A DNA stretch of 64,000 bases, from assembly GCF_000315625.1 (NCBI RefSeq), contig NW_005434623.1:22535-86534 (forward strand), given 5' to 3'. The first letter of the stretch is position 1, and every line of letters starts with the position of its first letter. This document shows, piece by piece, positions 61,943 through 64,000 of this stretch. The notes beneath the pieces were generated by a model. That model was not told the DNA's origin. It ran no database searches and saw only the letters and a list, made by a program, of their open reading frames with translations. Source of the DNA: Guillardia theta CCMP2712. Its lineage: Eukaryota > Protista > Cryptophyta. A program made the translations under genes and the position numbers.

Positions 61943-63024
61943 GTCTCAGGTCTTGCTAGGTTTCCCTTCCCTTCCTCCCCCCCCGCTTGTTTTTTTTCTT
62001 TTTTTAAGGGGCTGCCTCAGACTCAATCGGGGGCAGAAGTCATAGATAGACAAATGAACTGTAGATCATACTCGGTGCTTTTCGGTGTCTTTCTCCCACA
62101 ATGCATAGTTGCAAAGAAGTTAACATGTCATCGACAGTCACGGACGTGCGGTACTGACCCACCCCTTGTATGTGGGATGGAGGGGTACTTCCACCCAATT
62201 GACTACACAAAAAAAGAATGAAGAACAAAAGATGTGTCCATTCACTTTCTGAACCGTAAGTTCTGAGGAGGGTGAAGGGATGGTATGATCTTGTACTGAA
62301 AAGGTCCAGGAGAGGGGGTGGGGTCACAGCTCGTTCGTGACCGTCCATGACGTCAGCGGGGACGGAACGAGCTCAATATTTGAGTGTGTACCCGTCCTTG
62401 AGGGTTTGATTGGTGGGTGGGGTACTTGAAGAGATACACCTGAGCTTGGGGTGGGAATGAATAATAAACTGGTACGCTGCTTATGAGGTCTAGGAGAGGG
62501 GGTGGGTGGGTGATACAACGGGGTATTTCAAATGGGAATCGTAGGGGTACTCAAAGCGAGTCGACTTCGAGGAGGGGTACTACGTCAAAATCAATTAACC
62601 TTAGACGGACAGGGGTATCCTTTGCTTTATAGATTTCAACGCACAAATGGGGGCGAGAGGGAGGGAGGGAGAGAAGAGGGGGGGGGGAGGACAACGGAAT
62701 GAACAGAGAAGGAGAAAGGAATGAAACTATAGATCAAGGTTGAAGGAAAGGGGGGATACGTAGCGAGGACTGAGACCTTATGAGAGTGTGAGCTGTTGTA
62801 GCCAAGGCACAATTGCGCTACAGCAACCTAACCAGAGCTGTAGCATTCGAAGCTGATTGAGACCTGTAAGACTGTATTCAGCGCTATTTGCGCAGAGAAA
62901 TGCGGGTGGAGTACTCAGCTCGTCAGAAGGATGAGATGTACAACCTCATTACCTTAGACAGCAAGGACGGAAACATCCCGTATCTGTCTTTGAAGCCCCA
63001 TTGATCCTTTTGTTTCCCAGGTGA

Positions 63025-64000
63025 ATGCTAGTCACACCTACTCCTGTCAGCATCATGACCTCGTCGTCGTCGTCTCCCTCTGTCAACCTCTCAGAATCCG
63101 ATGTGCTTGAGGTCGGGACAAACTTCGGTTCACTGTCGACCCTCCAGTGGGAGCCGATCAGGGCTGAAGTAGCTGTGGGCCACCTCAGCAAGCTCTCTTT
63201 GTCCCCTGAGCCCCAGCAGAGGTCGGACAACATCAGCCGATCGGCCTCCATGGCGTCCACCTTGTTAGCGGAGGAGAAAAGCCTTGTCAGCCATATCGAG
63301 CAATCGGTGATCGGCGCCGGCATGCCCATTCACACACCATTCGGCCCGCGGAAGCTGACGTATGCCGACTACACAGCATCCGGTCGATCTCTCACCTTCA
63401 TCGAGGATGCGATCAGGAACACAGTCCTCCCGCACTACGCCAACACGCACACGACTGTGTCGCATACGGGGCGGCAGACCTCCAAGTACCGTGAAGAAGC
63501 ACGGCACATCATCCTCGAGAGCGTCAACGGGCGCAAAGACAAGGACGTCGTGGTGTTCACAGGCTCCGGCTGCACGGCTGCGATCTACAAGACTGCACAG
63601 CTCCTGATGCATCGCCAGGACTGGAAAGACTCGGCCGGCACCCCGGAGGCCCCCCTAGTCCTCATCGGGCCGTACGAGCATCACTCCAACATCCTGCCAT
63701 GGCGCGAGAGCGGCGCAGACGTGGTGGAGGTGCAGCTGAACGCAACGGGCCAGGTGGACTTGGACCATCTCAGGAGAGTCTTGCGGCAGTACCAGAACCG
63801 CCGCATCAAGGTCGGATCTTTCTCGGCTGCCTCCAACGTTACGGGGATCCTGACGGACGTGGAGGCGGTTGCGACTGTTCTCCACGAGCACGGAGCCCTC
63901 GCCTTCTTCGACTACGCGGCTGCTGGGCCCTACGTGGACATCGACATGAACCCCTCGAGGCCTCTGGCGTACAAGGACGCTGTCTTCATCTCTCCGCACA
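63025..64000 (+). CDS. Class V PLP-dependent (cysteine desulfurase-like) enzyme, copy 2; runs off the window end
   Basis: Near-identical reverse complement of 35590-36566 ([11 protein letters not shown]...DAVFISPH); open to the window end. Confidence 0.9.
   Translation, partial: MLVTPTPVSIMTSSSSSPSVNLSESDVLEVGTNFGSLSTLQWEPIRAEVAVGHLSKLSLSPEPQQRSDNISRSASMASTLLAEEKSLVSHIEQSVIGAGMPIHTPFGPRKLTYADYTASGRSLTFIEDAIRNTVLPHYANTHTTVSHTGRQTSKYREEARHIILESVNGRKDKDVVVFTGSGCTAAIYKTAQLLMHRQDWKDSAGTPEAPLVLIGPYEHHSNILPWRESGADVVEVQLNATGQVDLDHLRRVLRQYQNRRIKVGSFSAASNVTGILTDVEAVATVLHEHGALAFFDYAAAGPYVDIDMNPSRPLAYKDAVFISPH

Overview
Eukaryotic nuclear DNA. Many ~45-55 nt GT-AG introns, microsatellite-filled introns and GC-rich promoter islands suggest a cryptophyte such as Guillardia; the taxon is an inference. 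The left third holds ordinary intron-rich genes (cyclophilin B, SKA3-like, aldo-keto reductase, unknowns). The rest is a rearranged duplication hotspot. It contains five ABCG half-transporter copies (four apparently full-length, one with serial internal deletions), two copies of a divergent class-V PLP enzyme/ABCG gene pair and a GT10 fucosyltransferase. It also holds a GLOD4-like and a METTL10/Efm4-like locus that may be fused, three copies of a tail-to-tail gene junction that appear to mark a staggered-break inversion, and a young 2.1 kb gag-only LTR retroelement inserted in an EF-hand membrane-protein gene. An 18-bp motif (AACTTAACTTTGAGTAAA) recurs, often in inverted pairs, at the edges of the GC-rich islands. 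There are three assembly gaps. Exon boundaries were read by eye and are approximate unless stated.
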